This document shows positions 26,813 to 38,636 of a stretch of 64,000 bases of DNA, one piece after another. Location of the stretch: positions 19,530,001 to 19,594,000 of the forward strand of contig CM059438.1 in the NCBI GenBank assembly GCA_030390025.1. The letters are read 5' to 3'. Made by a program: the position numbers and the translations under genes. The stretch is from Squalus acanthias. Its lineage: Eukaryota. Position 1 is the first letter of the stretch; every line of letters starts with the position of its first letter. Below the pieces are notes generated by a model. It had not been told where the DNA came from. It was given only the letters and a program-made list of their open reading frames with translations, and did not search any database.

Positions 26813-28618
26813 ATTGACTTTGCTTACTTACACAAGTAAGGAGCAGCATGCAGCAGATATCTAGTACATCTATTTAGAAATAAAAACCCAAACCACAACA
26901 AAATTTAAAACAAAATCAATTACAAGTTCCCAGCAAAGCTTTTTGTTGAGTGTTCCCAGCAAACTGAAAACATGGTAGCACATTGAAATACATCTACCAG
27001 CATTGCCTTAATATGCAACAGATATGGTTTTTCATATTTGTCTGACTATTTTCCATTTCTTGTAGCTATAAAAAGATATTTTTTTTTAAACTGAGATATT
27101 AAATAAACATGATATTGCAAAAGCTTACAGAACATGAAGATAATCTCAAGACAAAGGAATTAACAGCATTATTTGGTGCATTATTTTGCAAAACCAGTAG
27201 TTCTGCACAAGATAACAAAATGCGAAGCAGAAGAAAAACAACTGCCCTGAAATTCCTGGGGCTGGAGGGGGCGCAAGGAGGAGTTAGAAAATGGGCCGCA
27301 TTTTGGCTCCTTTGAATTCCACCACTTTTCAACTAGTAATTCCAGATATGGGAGCCATGGGTGGATCTTCCGTCGCCCTGCTCACGTCAAAGTGGCATGT
27401 GGGGGCGGGGGGGAGAAATATGAGAGTTCCTGGGCTTTCCCGGAAATTCTTCCCTTTATGCCCTTGAAAGGTTTCAGCGGAACTCACACCAGTGGAATCG
27501 TGGTCCAAGCTCCCTTTGAGATCTTGTCGGAAGTGGATCGAGTACCTTCCCTCATCAGAATGGCTCCAGTGCATTAAAAATTAAAAATACATTTCTTTGG
27601 CGAATTTGGCCTCCTTGCCTTGGAAGGGCAGATCAGCTCAAGTACTGATTGCACTCTTGCAGAAGCCAGCGGCATGCCCCAACTGTGCAAGTGACCCGGG
27701 AATGTGGGAATAGGAGGTACATGGAGAAACCCCAAAATGGAAATAAACAAAAAGATCAAATTAATAGACCATTCATATACTTTCCAGGCCATGCAGTACA
27801 GATAACAAATATATTATCTTGATCTTGAGGGGTCATTTTTCTTTTAAGTTTAGTCTTTTATATCTTACTAAATTATAAAATTGCATAAGAAACAGAAGTC
27901 ATTTTCCAACAGAATGACATATGTTAAGAGAAACCTGTCTTAGACATGTCTCTTTAATTAAGCTGTAATTATGTTAAGAAAATTACTCCTGGGCTTTCTT
28001 GTTTCGACAAGGAACTGCTATAATGAATCACCAAGTATTTCTTGCACTACACTACACCAAGACTGCGAGAGGCAATTTGATATGACTGGCGTCTACATTC
28101 CCAGATGACAAAGTGACTGCAAAATTACTTTTAATTGTGCTCTGGGTGAAAAAGCCTTGAAGGAACAACATTTCATAAGGCGAGGTTCTTCAGAGACATA
28201 AAAACAATAATTACTCATTTGCAGACTCCCGAAGCAATGAGCTCCATCTCCCTTCTGTCAATTCTTTGTTGCAAGTTAGTAAGCTGCATTTCTGACTGGT
28301 TCTATATAGAACCATTCATACTTTAATTGAGATACCACCCCCACCCAACCCCACCCCAGCCCGCCCATACAAAGAAACACAATCAATTATGTATTTACAA
28401 CCTCCTTGGGATCCGCTCAACCTCACCTTCCCTCATTCTGCTCGGGGTTAAAGTTTTATCAGAAACATAAAATACAACAAAACTTCTATATTAAGGACAC
28501 AAATGCTATGTTCATAAACCCTGTGCTAATATTTTACACTAAAGGAAATAAAAAACAGTTTTTACATTACAAGAATATGAACTACATGCAGCACACTCCA
28601 ATGACATCACATGGGGAA

Positions 28619-28825
28619 AAAAATGAGAAGTCGCACAACACCAGGTTATAGTCCAATAGTTTTATTTGAAATTACGAGCTTTCGGAGCGCTGCTCCTTCA
28701 CCCGACGAAGGGGCAGCAGCTCCGAAAGCTCGTAATTTCAAATAAAACTGTTGGACTATAAACTGGTGTTGTGCGACTTCTCATTTTTGTCCACCCCAGT
28801 CCAACACCGGCATCTCCGCATCATG
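28619..28825 (+). mobile_element. Penelope-like fold-back element (family A), hammerhead core mutated (CCGACGA)
   Basis: Inverted arms of about 80 bp spanning 28619-28788, a tail gtccaccccagtccaacaccggcatctcc and a 13-bp TSD atcacatggggaa (28606-28618, 28826-28838). Confidence 0.85.
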
Positions 28826-29489
28826 ATCACATGGGGAAGAATTGCCAGATTGCAAGCCAAATTTGTAGACACGTTCTTTTCAAATGTGTTCATGGTGTTC
28901 CACATAGTGAAAAGGCAATTATTCTCTCCACAAGAACCCTACATATGCTGCCTACCTTCTACATAGGAAAAAAAAATTGCATTTAACAAAAACAATGAAA
29001 TCTTGTCATTATAAAGCCCAGTACTGTCTACAGAATGGAGTATAGCATAGGCAGTGAAGCATTAATTAGGTTATATCACACAGGAGAAAGAACTCAATTA
29101 CCTTACACTCAAATTATTTCTCATCTAAGCAATATTTCCAAATATAATACCTTATGTGGATGATGTGTTATATTTATTGAAGAAATCATAAAATTAAGGA
29201 GTTTTTTTTTTTATTATGCACAAGCCTGATCTGCTCCCTTAATGATCCAAGGTAATCATACTCCAATGGTCTGAAATCCTCAGTGACGGATTAAGAAATC
29301 TTGGGGCTCGGGCACTAAAAACATTCGGGCTCCTCTGGCCATTAAAACACAAATGGGTGGTAAAATGGATAAAGAAATATGCCCATACATACTGCATTAA
29401 TAAATTAAAATCATATCACATATACTACGCTTAAATTAACCTCCCCTCTGGTATGGCCCCATAGACCCATGCATTATTGCGCAATTGGA

Positions 29490-29663
29490 ATCCTCTCTAT
29501 CACCCTCTCCGCCTTTAAAATCTACCTCTTTGATCAAGCTTTAGGTAACCCCTCCTAATAGCTTCTTCTTTGGTTCAGTGTCCATTTTTTCCTTATGCCT
29601 CTGTGAAGCATCCTGAGATGTTTTCTATGTTAAAGCCGCTATATAAATGCAAATTGTTGTTGC
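29490..29663 (+). mobile_element. L2 or L2-tailed SINE 3' end
   Basis: ctgtgaagcatcctgagatg...gctatataaatgcaaattgttgttg, similar to 12840-13005. Confidence 0.65.
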
Positions 29664-29751
29664 GTTTATATATGCTTAGAAAAAAGAGTAGACTCTTCAG
29701 AAAACACACTTTCAATTATTAAATTCCACCCAAATTCAGTTTTGGACTAAA

Positions 29752-30483
29752 GAGCCCTAAATTTGCGGTCGGACTCCCCGCAGGCGGACGCTTCTGACCA
29801 GCAAAAAATCTATGAACTTACCTGATAGTCCTGGAGGTTCGGACACTTGCGCTTCTGGTCCTCTATGCGTAGAGGCCCACGTAACCCGGGGCACATGCGG
29901 TTCGCAAGCGCCCTTGGGATCACGTGGGCCGGCCCAGCCAATGAAAGAAAGGGATCCCCATTCATGCTTATCGGGATTCTGTATGTATGGAACTCCTAGA
30001 AGTATGAATGGGAATACCCCCAAAAATACACGTACACTTCAAATAATTTTTTTAAAATCACATTTAAAATGAATCAAAATGGCATTTAATTAAATATTTA
30101 AAACAAAAATTTAATTTTTTGAAAAATAAATTTACATATTTTAAAGGGGCTAAAGTTAAACTTACCTTATTTCACAGGTTTTTAAATGTATAAATTATTG
30201 ATTAACATTTTATTTTTATGTTTTGTAAAACTCTTACACTGGTAAAAGCAGGCCTTACGTTATGCCTGCTTTTACCAGACGTAAGAATTTCACGGGCATT
30301 CGCTGGGCAGAAGTTCTCTGCCCGTGGAGGCCCTTTTCCCGGGGATGCGGAGGATCTGTCAAGAAGATACTTGACAGATTGCAAGTTCCGGGTTTTCACG
30401 CATGCGCCTCACATGCCTAAACCCAGAACTTGCGCGGCCCCTATGGGCACGTGTGCACCCGTAGGGGCCGCAAATTATGACCC
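29752..30483. mobile_element. Non-autonomous TIR element related to 11053-11815, opposite orientation
   Basis: TIRs gagccctaaatttgcgg/ccgcaaattatgaccc. The reverse complement of about 29815-29945 (attggctgggccggcccacgtgatcccaagggcgcttgcgaac...caggtaagt) resembles about 11610-11765. Confidence 0.72.
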
Positions 30484-31744
30484 AAGATTTCTTATAATTG
30501 CTTGTATACTAGAAACCCATTTTGAAATTCTACATTTTTTTTTTTGAGTAGAGCTACCTACATTCCTTACTGTATTATTTTAGACTTAAAGAGAACTTCA
30601 AGCCATTTCTTCATATCTTTCTGAAACTGTGTACTTTACAAAAACACTGCCTAGTGTTTGTTTGACCCAACCATCAGATGTTCACATCTTCATAAATGAT
30701 AGTCCTGGGTAACTTGACCTAGTGTCAGTAGTGATTTGACCGCTTGTACATTCTTCCTTTAGCATGGTTGTCTTTTAGCTTTAATGTACTGTGGTTGAAC
30801 TCCATTATCTGCTACATTCTTAATTCTACATGGGAAACAATTGCTTTTTTTCTTCTGAATAGGGATTGACGTTTCAGACTTCTTTACTGTTAGAATTAAT
30901 TTTGGGCTTCAAGTTATGTAAAGCAGAGTACAGTGGATTTTTGTTGTCACTTTAGTGACCAGCAAACTAAAAGTAGCAATAGGTGCAAGGTGAAAAAATA
31001 AGGAATTCGGTATAATATGGTATAACTTTCACAGAAAAATATTGATGTTTTGCAACAAAAATCATTATGTCAGTTGCTTTGGTCACAACATTTTATGGAA
31101 AATGATGTTGTTTCGAGTACCTGCAATATTTGACTGGGACTTGAAAAATGATAATCAAGAGGTGGTGTTGGTGTACTGAAACAGGACAACAAGATGTCAC
31201 GGATTGGGAAGAGACAGCTTCCCTCCAACCTTCCCTTGGGAATTTAGGCTCTCCAGGAGAAGCACGAAACACGGAGGGGTGGGGCAGGCATAATCAATAA
31301 AAAATATAATTGCACAAATAAATGTATCTATTCAAAAGAACTGCAAACAAAAAGACAGTAAGTATAGTCCACTCTGCTCTTAACTGAAAGTTTGGAAGAA
31401 CTGTAAAGCTTTCTGTGATTCTGCTTGTAGAAGTTCTACATGCCACTAAAAGAAAATAGGATGACAGGCTCTTAAAAGATTTCCTCCTTGGCAGGACTTC
31501 TAGCATCAAGCAGCTGGCGCAACCGGTCACACTTACTATAGACAGGAAGGAGCAAACGATCCAACCTAACTCAAACAACCTACAACCACAGAGACAGGAG
31601 GCAAGTGCCAAACACTACACCACAGGTCCACTGTGCACAAGCAACATTTATAGCTTTTTTTTTCTTTAATGGAATTATATAATTTTGTTAACTTTCTAAC
31701 TCTTCCATATGTTAAGACTATCCCACTGTTGGTCTAAAACTGAG

Positions 31745-31798
31745 GAACTGAGGATTGCTTTTTGGATAAGCTGAACTGAGGATTGCTTTTTGGATAAG
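31745..31798. repeat. 28-bp period tandem duplication
   Basis: gaactgaggattgctttttggataag occurs at 31745 and 31773. Confidence 0.9.
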
Positions 31799-34700
31799 AT
31801 GGCCAAGTGATATTCTGTAGGATAATGGTCTGCATAAAAGACCAAGATGCCCTTTCAGGAGAATAGGTTGCACTGGAGTCAATGTGGTAATCTTAACACA
31901 CTTCAAAGTTAGGGGTAAAGGAATTAACAAAGGCTTACATTTTATTTTATTCCCTGCAGAAGAATACATTTAATTGCCCATCCTCTTTTCCTCCAATATC
32001 TCTTTTATTAACATTTTATTTTATTTACACTTCATAATTATGCCTCAGTAAAACCAAGTTAACATCAACTGAAGGCTGTCCTAGATGATACAAAAGCTAT
32101 TGTCTTACTGAGGACAGAATAAACCAACACCTTTTGAAGCTGCTCTTTGAACTGTTCAAACTGAAGTTAACAATTTAAAACTATGAAATAGGCACACAAA
32201 ACTCAGTTTAAAAAATAGGTTATGACCTCTGAATCTAACAGGTGGTTGGAAGGTTAGCAACCTTGACTCATTCAAGGCCTACACAGGGAATGGCAAGGAG
32301 GGAGGGAACATTTCAGCCTGGTACACACAGCATTTAGGTTTCAACTATTTTAATTTTACCATGAAATTGAAAACAAAGATATTACATTCTATTAATGAAG
32401 TACACTGAAATTGTCAATCTTACTTAGAGAGGTCAGAGGTATGGCTCATTTAAGAAATTAAACATTGTGCTGTTGTAACAGGGCATACTCTTCTGACACT
32501 GAAGCTAGGATACATTGCTGGGCATCTGGCCAGGCTAGCTTGTCCTACCTGATATGAGAGTGCTTAATGTAGGGTTTTAAATGGGAAAAAGTGCTCTATC
32601 GTTTGATCATTGCCTTAAACCATCCCCATATCTGAAAGAAATTGTGGAATCAGTGCACTAGAACACAACTCAGTGACATAACTTATAGCAAACACAATGA
32701 ACTACTAAAGTCATTATAGTCGCAAGTACAATTTTCAATTGGCCCCAGTTCAGGCCACTGTAAGCTCCTAGTTCAACCTCTGCACCTTGAAGATGAAGCT
32801 GGCAAAGCACTACTTTTTGAAAATGTGTCCCCATATGTTTATTCCCCTGTTTTAGATAGAAATCCTTAAAACAATCAAATAAATGTTCTAAAAGAAAATG
32901 TTTTTTTCCCATTGCTGTTAACCACTCACTGAAATAACAATGTCAAAACACTTTGAAAAGCAGACTGTAAATAACACTCTTGTTAAAACAGGTTCAAAAT
33001 CTAACCACTTTAAAAGAGAAAAATAAGCCTCGATATGTCTTGTCGTAATCTTTACAATGAGTTGTAGCATGTTGCGATTGACTACTTCTGCTTTGCACCA
33101 TTCTATAAGCGCAGGGAGGCAATTGGGGGATGATTGGAGTTTGTTCAAGCCCAACCCAAACTAGGTCACCTTCAGCCTCCTGTGTAAGAGACCCATCAAG
33201 AACTCTTTTTATTAAATAGAGTCATACCAGCGCTCAGAGGGGTGTCGGGTCCTGGCTGAGCCAGAAAAACAGAGGCTCCCGGCATGAGGTGCTCTTGCCC
33301 CCAACTCCGCCTGCTGATTGCATTTGCCTTGCAAGGGATGGGCAGAGACTTTGCACCTTACAAGGCATGTTAGAAATGGTGGAGACCTGGTACAATCAGG
33401 TCCCAGCTGTCAGCATTCCGCTGAAGTTACAGCAGGAGACTAGCAAAACCTCGGTGGATTTTTGGGGCCAGTCATCTGAGGAGGTGTTGCATTCTCCAAA
33501 ATCCACAAAACATATCCCAGATGGCAGGTTTGTAGTATTTACAATTCTGTTAAACTCCCCCTAACGCATTGAGTACTGTGACAGAATTTCAGTTAAATAA
33601 TACAATCGTATCCAGTGTACATTTCCGATTTCATTCTTGATATTTCTATACTGGAATACAGCAGTTCTCTGTGAATCCCTAGGATCTTTTAATTCTACCC
33701 ACAGAATTAATTATTTTTTTGAAAACGCGACATAGTAAAGCAAGTGCATATTTTGAAACATACCACAAAAATTTATATATAAAAACTAAACTTCCCCTCA
33801 AAAGACGTATTATAAAATCTCAATGTCAGCTTCTGGAGACTAGAATATGGTCTATAAATACTGGGTTGACGTTTAGCGGGGTATGCGCGCCCAGACAGAG
33901 TGATCACTGGCTCAGTATTCCCACCTCTAAGTCAGAAAGGTTTGGTTCAGGCCCCACTCCAGCCAGCCCCAGTGAGTGGAGACCGGAGCAACGGCTCTGA
34001 ATACTGGACTGACTGGATACTTGCATCCGATGGGTGCAGGCTCCCCTCACCCCTCAATTGTAAAGGGTAGGCGGGACTCTTTCGCCTTCGTTGCAGCTCC
34101 CCTCCCTCAGGTGAAAGTATTCTGAAGGTAAAAGTCGTGACGGCGGCTACGGGAAACCACCTCAGCTACTTTTCCCCCAGTAAATGGCTGAAGAATCTCA
34201 TGTGTGAAACTTGAGTTAGCTCTTGCCCTGGAACACAACTGCCGGATGGACGGAACTGTCTGATAGCAAGCAAACATTATGCAAGGAGTCTCCAAATCAG
34301 ACAGTTTTTTGTATACTGATCAGGTGATTTCCAAAACTAGTGTCAATGGGCATTCAGGAAAAAAATGCTTTCCCTTACTAGCTCCTTATGAGTATCAGCA
34401 GAAGTTGTAAATACTTCACAACAGCATGAAGCACCAAGATTACAACAGGTCAGGTTTCAAAACAGACATGTTTCCCCAGTCTCCACAGTATACAGTTCCC
34501 CCTTTTCTGTTGTTCATGGATAGAGAATGGAGTTTTACTTTAATTTATATATTTTTTTTGATAGACCTTAAATGTACACATTGTGCTTACCCGCAACATC
34601 CATACCAGAACACGCATGTGTAGAAGGATAAATACACTTTTAAAAGTAGTCAGGAATCTCTGCTGCCCTCCATTTACAGAAGCCTTTGAGGAAACTAAGA

Positions 34701-36459
34701 CCTTATTTGCATTTTTATGAAATGGACATAGTTTTCCACCATCTATTTTTCCTGATGAATTTATACTAAAAGCTGCAAATTGTACACTGCAATGGGAAAT
34801 AGAACATTTCTACTTACAGCCCACACTGACAAAACTAAAGTTATGTCACCATTTATTAATTTTGGACAGGGACACCAACGGAACTCAAACGTCTAATTAA
34901 AAACAATGGGTGGCAAGACAGTTGCTCTTCTTATTGACTGTGATCATTCTAATTAACAGAAAATGAAAATGATATGTAAAGTAACCTGGCTGTTCAAAAC
35001 ACGACCCATTTCATCTGTGAACGCTATTTGTGAAATTGCCAGGGAAAAGATATAAATAAGGAAATGAGAAAAACAAGCCCAGCATTAACATGCTATACAA
35101 TGACTTTACCATACACTCGAGGAAGCTTGGAACACCTGTCTTCTGCATTAGACATTGGACCAGGTCAGTTTCTTAAATGATTCAAAACATGAACTTGGCT
35201 CAGATTGTCTTCAAACAGGACTAAAGCTTAATTCATTAAAATCTGAAGGATGAATACAACAGATTTCGATAGATCTTGTTATAAGTATTTGTTCTCATTT
35301 GTAAAACCAAGTAACAAAAATTATCACTAATCTTAATATTCTTTGCTTGATTTTTATGTTGCTGCTGTTTGTACGAGATTTGTCTAGATATGAATGTTGA
35401 CAATATTGTATGGAACTGATTTGAAGCAGTTACTGAGACTGATGGTGTGAGGGAGAAGCATTAATACACACAGTTGATTGCATGTCTACACAGCCCCTTG
35501 TACTACCAGGCTCAGAAACTCCTCCAACCCAATTCCTCCTATGAAGACACCAGCATTCATTTAAACAAAAATAACAGAAAAATAAAAACAAAGTGAGTTA
35601 TGAAAGTTTTTGTACTTGTTTGGTTTTCTTAAAAAGTGGTCCTAATGGTGACACTCACTGGTAGAATATTTTTAAACCGGAATCAACATTCATTCTCTGC
35701 TCCAGCTGTCTATACCACTGCAGAATGAAGGATGATATTCCACTAATTTATCTTCAAGCTACCATAGAGAAACTGATAAATGACCTAACCACAAATAAAT
35801 AAAACACCTCAAACTTCATCTGTACTTCTAACCACCATGGCAGGTGCTTCTAATGTGATGCCACCAGGTGAGGTCTGGTGATTGATCAGTAACGCACCTC
35901 AAAAGCCACAGCCAGGTGTTGCCATGGGTTTACAAAAACTCATTCTTCAACATCCCAGTAAATAAGGATCTGTCAGTGAATCGAAGAGTGTGAAGGAGTC
36001 ATCATTCAGAAGTTGTGCAGGCGCCTTGGAATTATGACAGTCCTTTGTAGGAGTGAAAGAATACCTGACCCCCCACTACTGAGGTAATCTGCTTATTCTA
36101 TAGATACACAGGATTGGATCTTCCAATAATGATCCAGATTAATAACAGTGAAAACGGAGATCAATATAATGTTATTTACACTATATATTTAAAGCTGCAC
36201 GGCCCATATTACCTCCATGTACAAATGCAGCCAAAGAAGCCAATCTATGAAAACATCTTCTTTGACACTGTCCATTCTAAAAATATTCCAATCTTCATAG
36301 CAGAGGCTGGTGTAGCTGCTCTGCTAACCCCTCTCTCCAGTCCTCATTCTGGTTCTATGATTGCCTGGAACCCAGATGAAGTGCACAGTTCAGGTGGGTA
36401 GATATGCAAAGCACATATTCCTGAAGTTGACCTCATAATTGAATGAAACATATAACACT

Positions 36460-36700
36460 ACTCAAAGAACAGCAAGGAAGTTCTCTCGTTGTCCTTGCAA
36501 ACATTTATCCCTTAGCCAACACCAACAAGAACTGATTAACTGGCCATTCATCTCACTGCTGTTTGTGGCACCTTGCTATGCACAAATTGGCTGATGCATT
36601 TACCTACAAAACAATGACCATACTTCAAAAATAATTCATTGGCTGTGAGCACTTTGGGATGCCCATGAAAGGTATTATATAAATGTAAGTTATTTTTTTT
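36460..36700 (+). mobile_element. Deu-type SINE 3' half
   Basis: Reverse-complement similarity to 62260-62490, with tail attggctgtgagcactttgggat...tatataaatgtaagtt. Confidence 0.6.
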
Positions 36701-36893
36701 CTTTCACTAGGCTTCTATAACTGCTAACTATATCAGCAACATAGATCTAAACAATCCCAGGTTTGATTCCAGGTCTGTGCTGTTAACTGATCTCACTTTA
36801 ATTGGCTATATTGCCCCCAGACTAGCAAAGGGAAAAAAGAAAATTCAGTCATTGCTGGTGTTCCTAGACACCTCAGTTTGACGAAGAGTGAAA

Positions 36894-38636
36894 ATAAGAA
36901 CATAAGAAATAGGGGAAGTAGGCCATTCGGCCCCTCAAGCCTGCTCCGCCATTCAATAAGATCATGGCTGATCTTCTACATCAATTCTAATTTCCCGCTC
37001 TATCCCCATATCCCTTGATTCCCTTAGTGCCCAAAAAAATCTAGCGATCTCAGTCTTGAATACACTCAACGACTGAGCATCCACAACCCTCTGGGGTAGA
37101 GAATGAAAAAGATTCACAACCCTCTGAGTGAAGAAATTTCTTATCTCAGTCCTAAATGGCTGACCTCCTTATCCGGAGACCCCTGGTTCTAGACTCTCCA
37201 GCCAGGGGAAACAGCCTCTCAGCATCCATCCTATCAAGCCCTGTAATAATTTTGTATGCTTCAATGAGATCCCCTCTCATTCTTCTGAATTCAAGAGAAT
37301 ACAGGCCTAGTTTACTCAATCTCTTCTCATACGACAGTCCCGCCATCCCAGGAATCAATCTCGTGAACCTTCGTTGCACTCCCTCTATGGCAAGTATATC
37401 CTTCCTTAGGTAAGGAGACCAAAACTGTACACAGTACTCCAGGTGTGGTCTCACCAAGGCCCTATATAATTGGAGTAAGACTTCTTTACTCCTGTACTCA
37501 AATCCTCTTGTAATAAAGGCCAGCATACCATTTGCCTTCCTAATGGCTTGCTGCACCTGCACATTCACTTTCAGTGACTCATGTACAAGGACACCCAGGT
37601 CCCTTTGAGCATCTGCATTCCCCAATCTTTCACCATTTAGGAAATACTCTGCCTTTCTGTTTTTTCTACCAAAGTGGATAATTTCACATTTATCCACATT
37701 ATATTCCATCTGCCATGTTCTCGCCCACTCACTGAGCCTGTCGAGATCCCCTTGAAGCCTCTTCACATCCTCTTCACAACTGACACTGCCACCTAGCTTT
37801 GTATCATCAGCAAATTTGGAAATGTTACATTTAGTCCCCTCATCCAAATCATTGATATAGATTGTGAATAGCTGGGGCCCAAGCACCGATCCTTGCAGTA
37901 CCCCACTAGTCACAGCCTGCCATCCTGAAAAAGACACATTTATCCCGACTCTTTGTTTTCTGTCAGTTAACCAATTCTCAATCCATGCTAGTATATTACC
38001 CCTAATTTTTTTCACCAACCTCTTGTGTGGGACCTTATCGAAAGCCTTCTGAAAATCCAAATACACCACATCTACCGGTTCCCCTTTGTCTACTCCACTA
38101 GTTACATATTTAAAGAACTCCAAGGAGGTTTGTTAAACAGGATTTCCCTTTCCTAAATCCATGTTGACTCTGCCCAATCTTACTATTAATTTCTAAGTGC
38201 CCAGTTATTGCATCCTTTATAATAGATTCCAGCATTTTCCCAACTACTGATGTGAGGCTAACAGGTCTGTAGTTCCCAGTTTTCTCTCTCCCTCCCTTCT
38301 TAAATAGCGGGGTTACATTTGCTATCCTCCAATCTGCAGGAACCGTTCCAGAATCTATAGAATTTTGGAAGATGACAACCAATGCATCCACTATCCCAAT
38401 GGCCACCTCTTTCAAAACCCTAGGATGTAAGTCATCATGTCCTTGGGATTTATCGACTTTTAGTCTCATTAATTTTGCTAGTACTTTTTTTTACTAATAA
38501 TAATTTCTTTAAGTTCCTCATTCTTGCCACACCTTTGGTTTTCTTGTATTTCTGGAAGGTTTTTTGTGTCTTCCTCCGTGAAGACAGAAACAAAGTATTT
38601 ATTTCATTTCTCTGCCATTTCCTCATTCCCCATTAT
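36894..38636 (-). mobile_element. CR1 LINE 3' portion (RT domain)
   Basis: ORFs 38110-38469 and 37152-38123 (YLDFQKAFDKVPH, QGSVLGP, FADDTK, LVRPHLEYC), frameshifted, with a cataagaa tail. Confidence 0.93.

Noticed and set aside
31738-31798. CRISPR-like repeat
   Set aside because: Only two adjacent copies with no spacers, in a eukaryotic intron. It is a simple slippage duplication.
36876-36895. Hammerhead-like ttgacgaagagtgaaa
   Set aside because: Lacks the core C, stem II and stem III, so it is a chance match.
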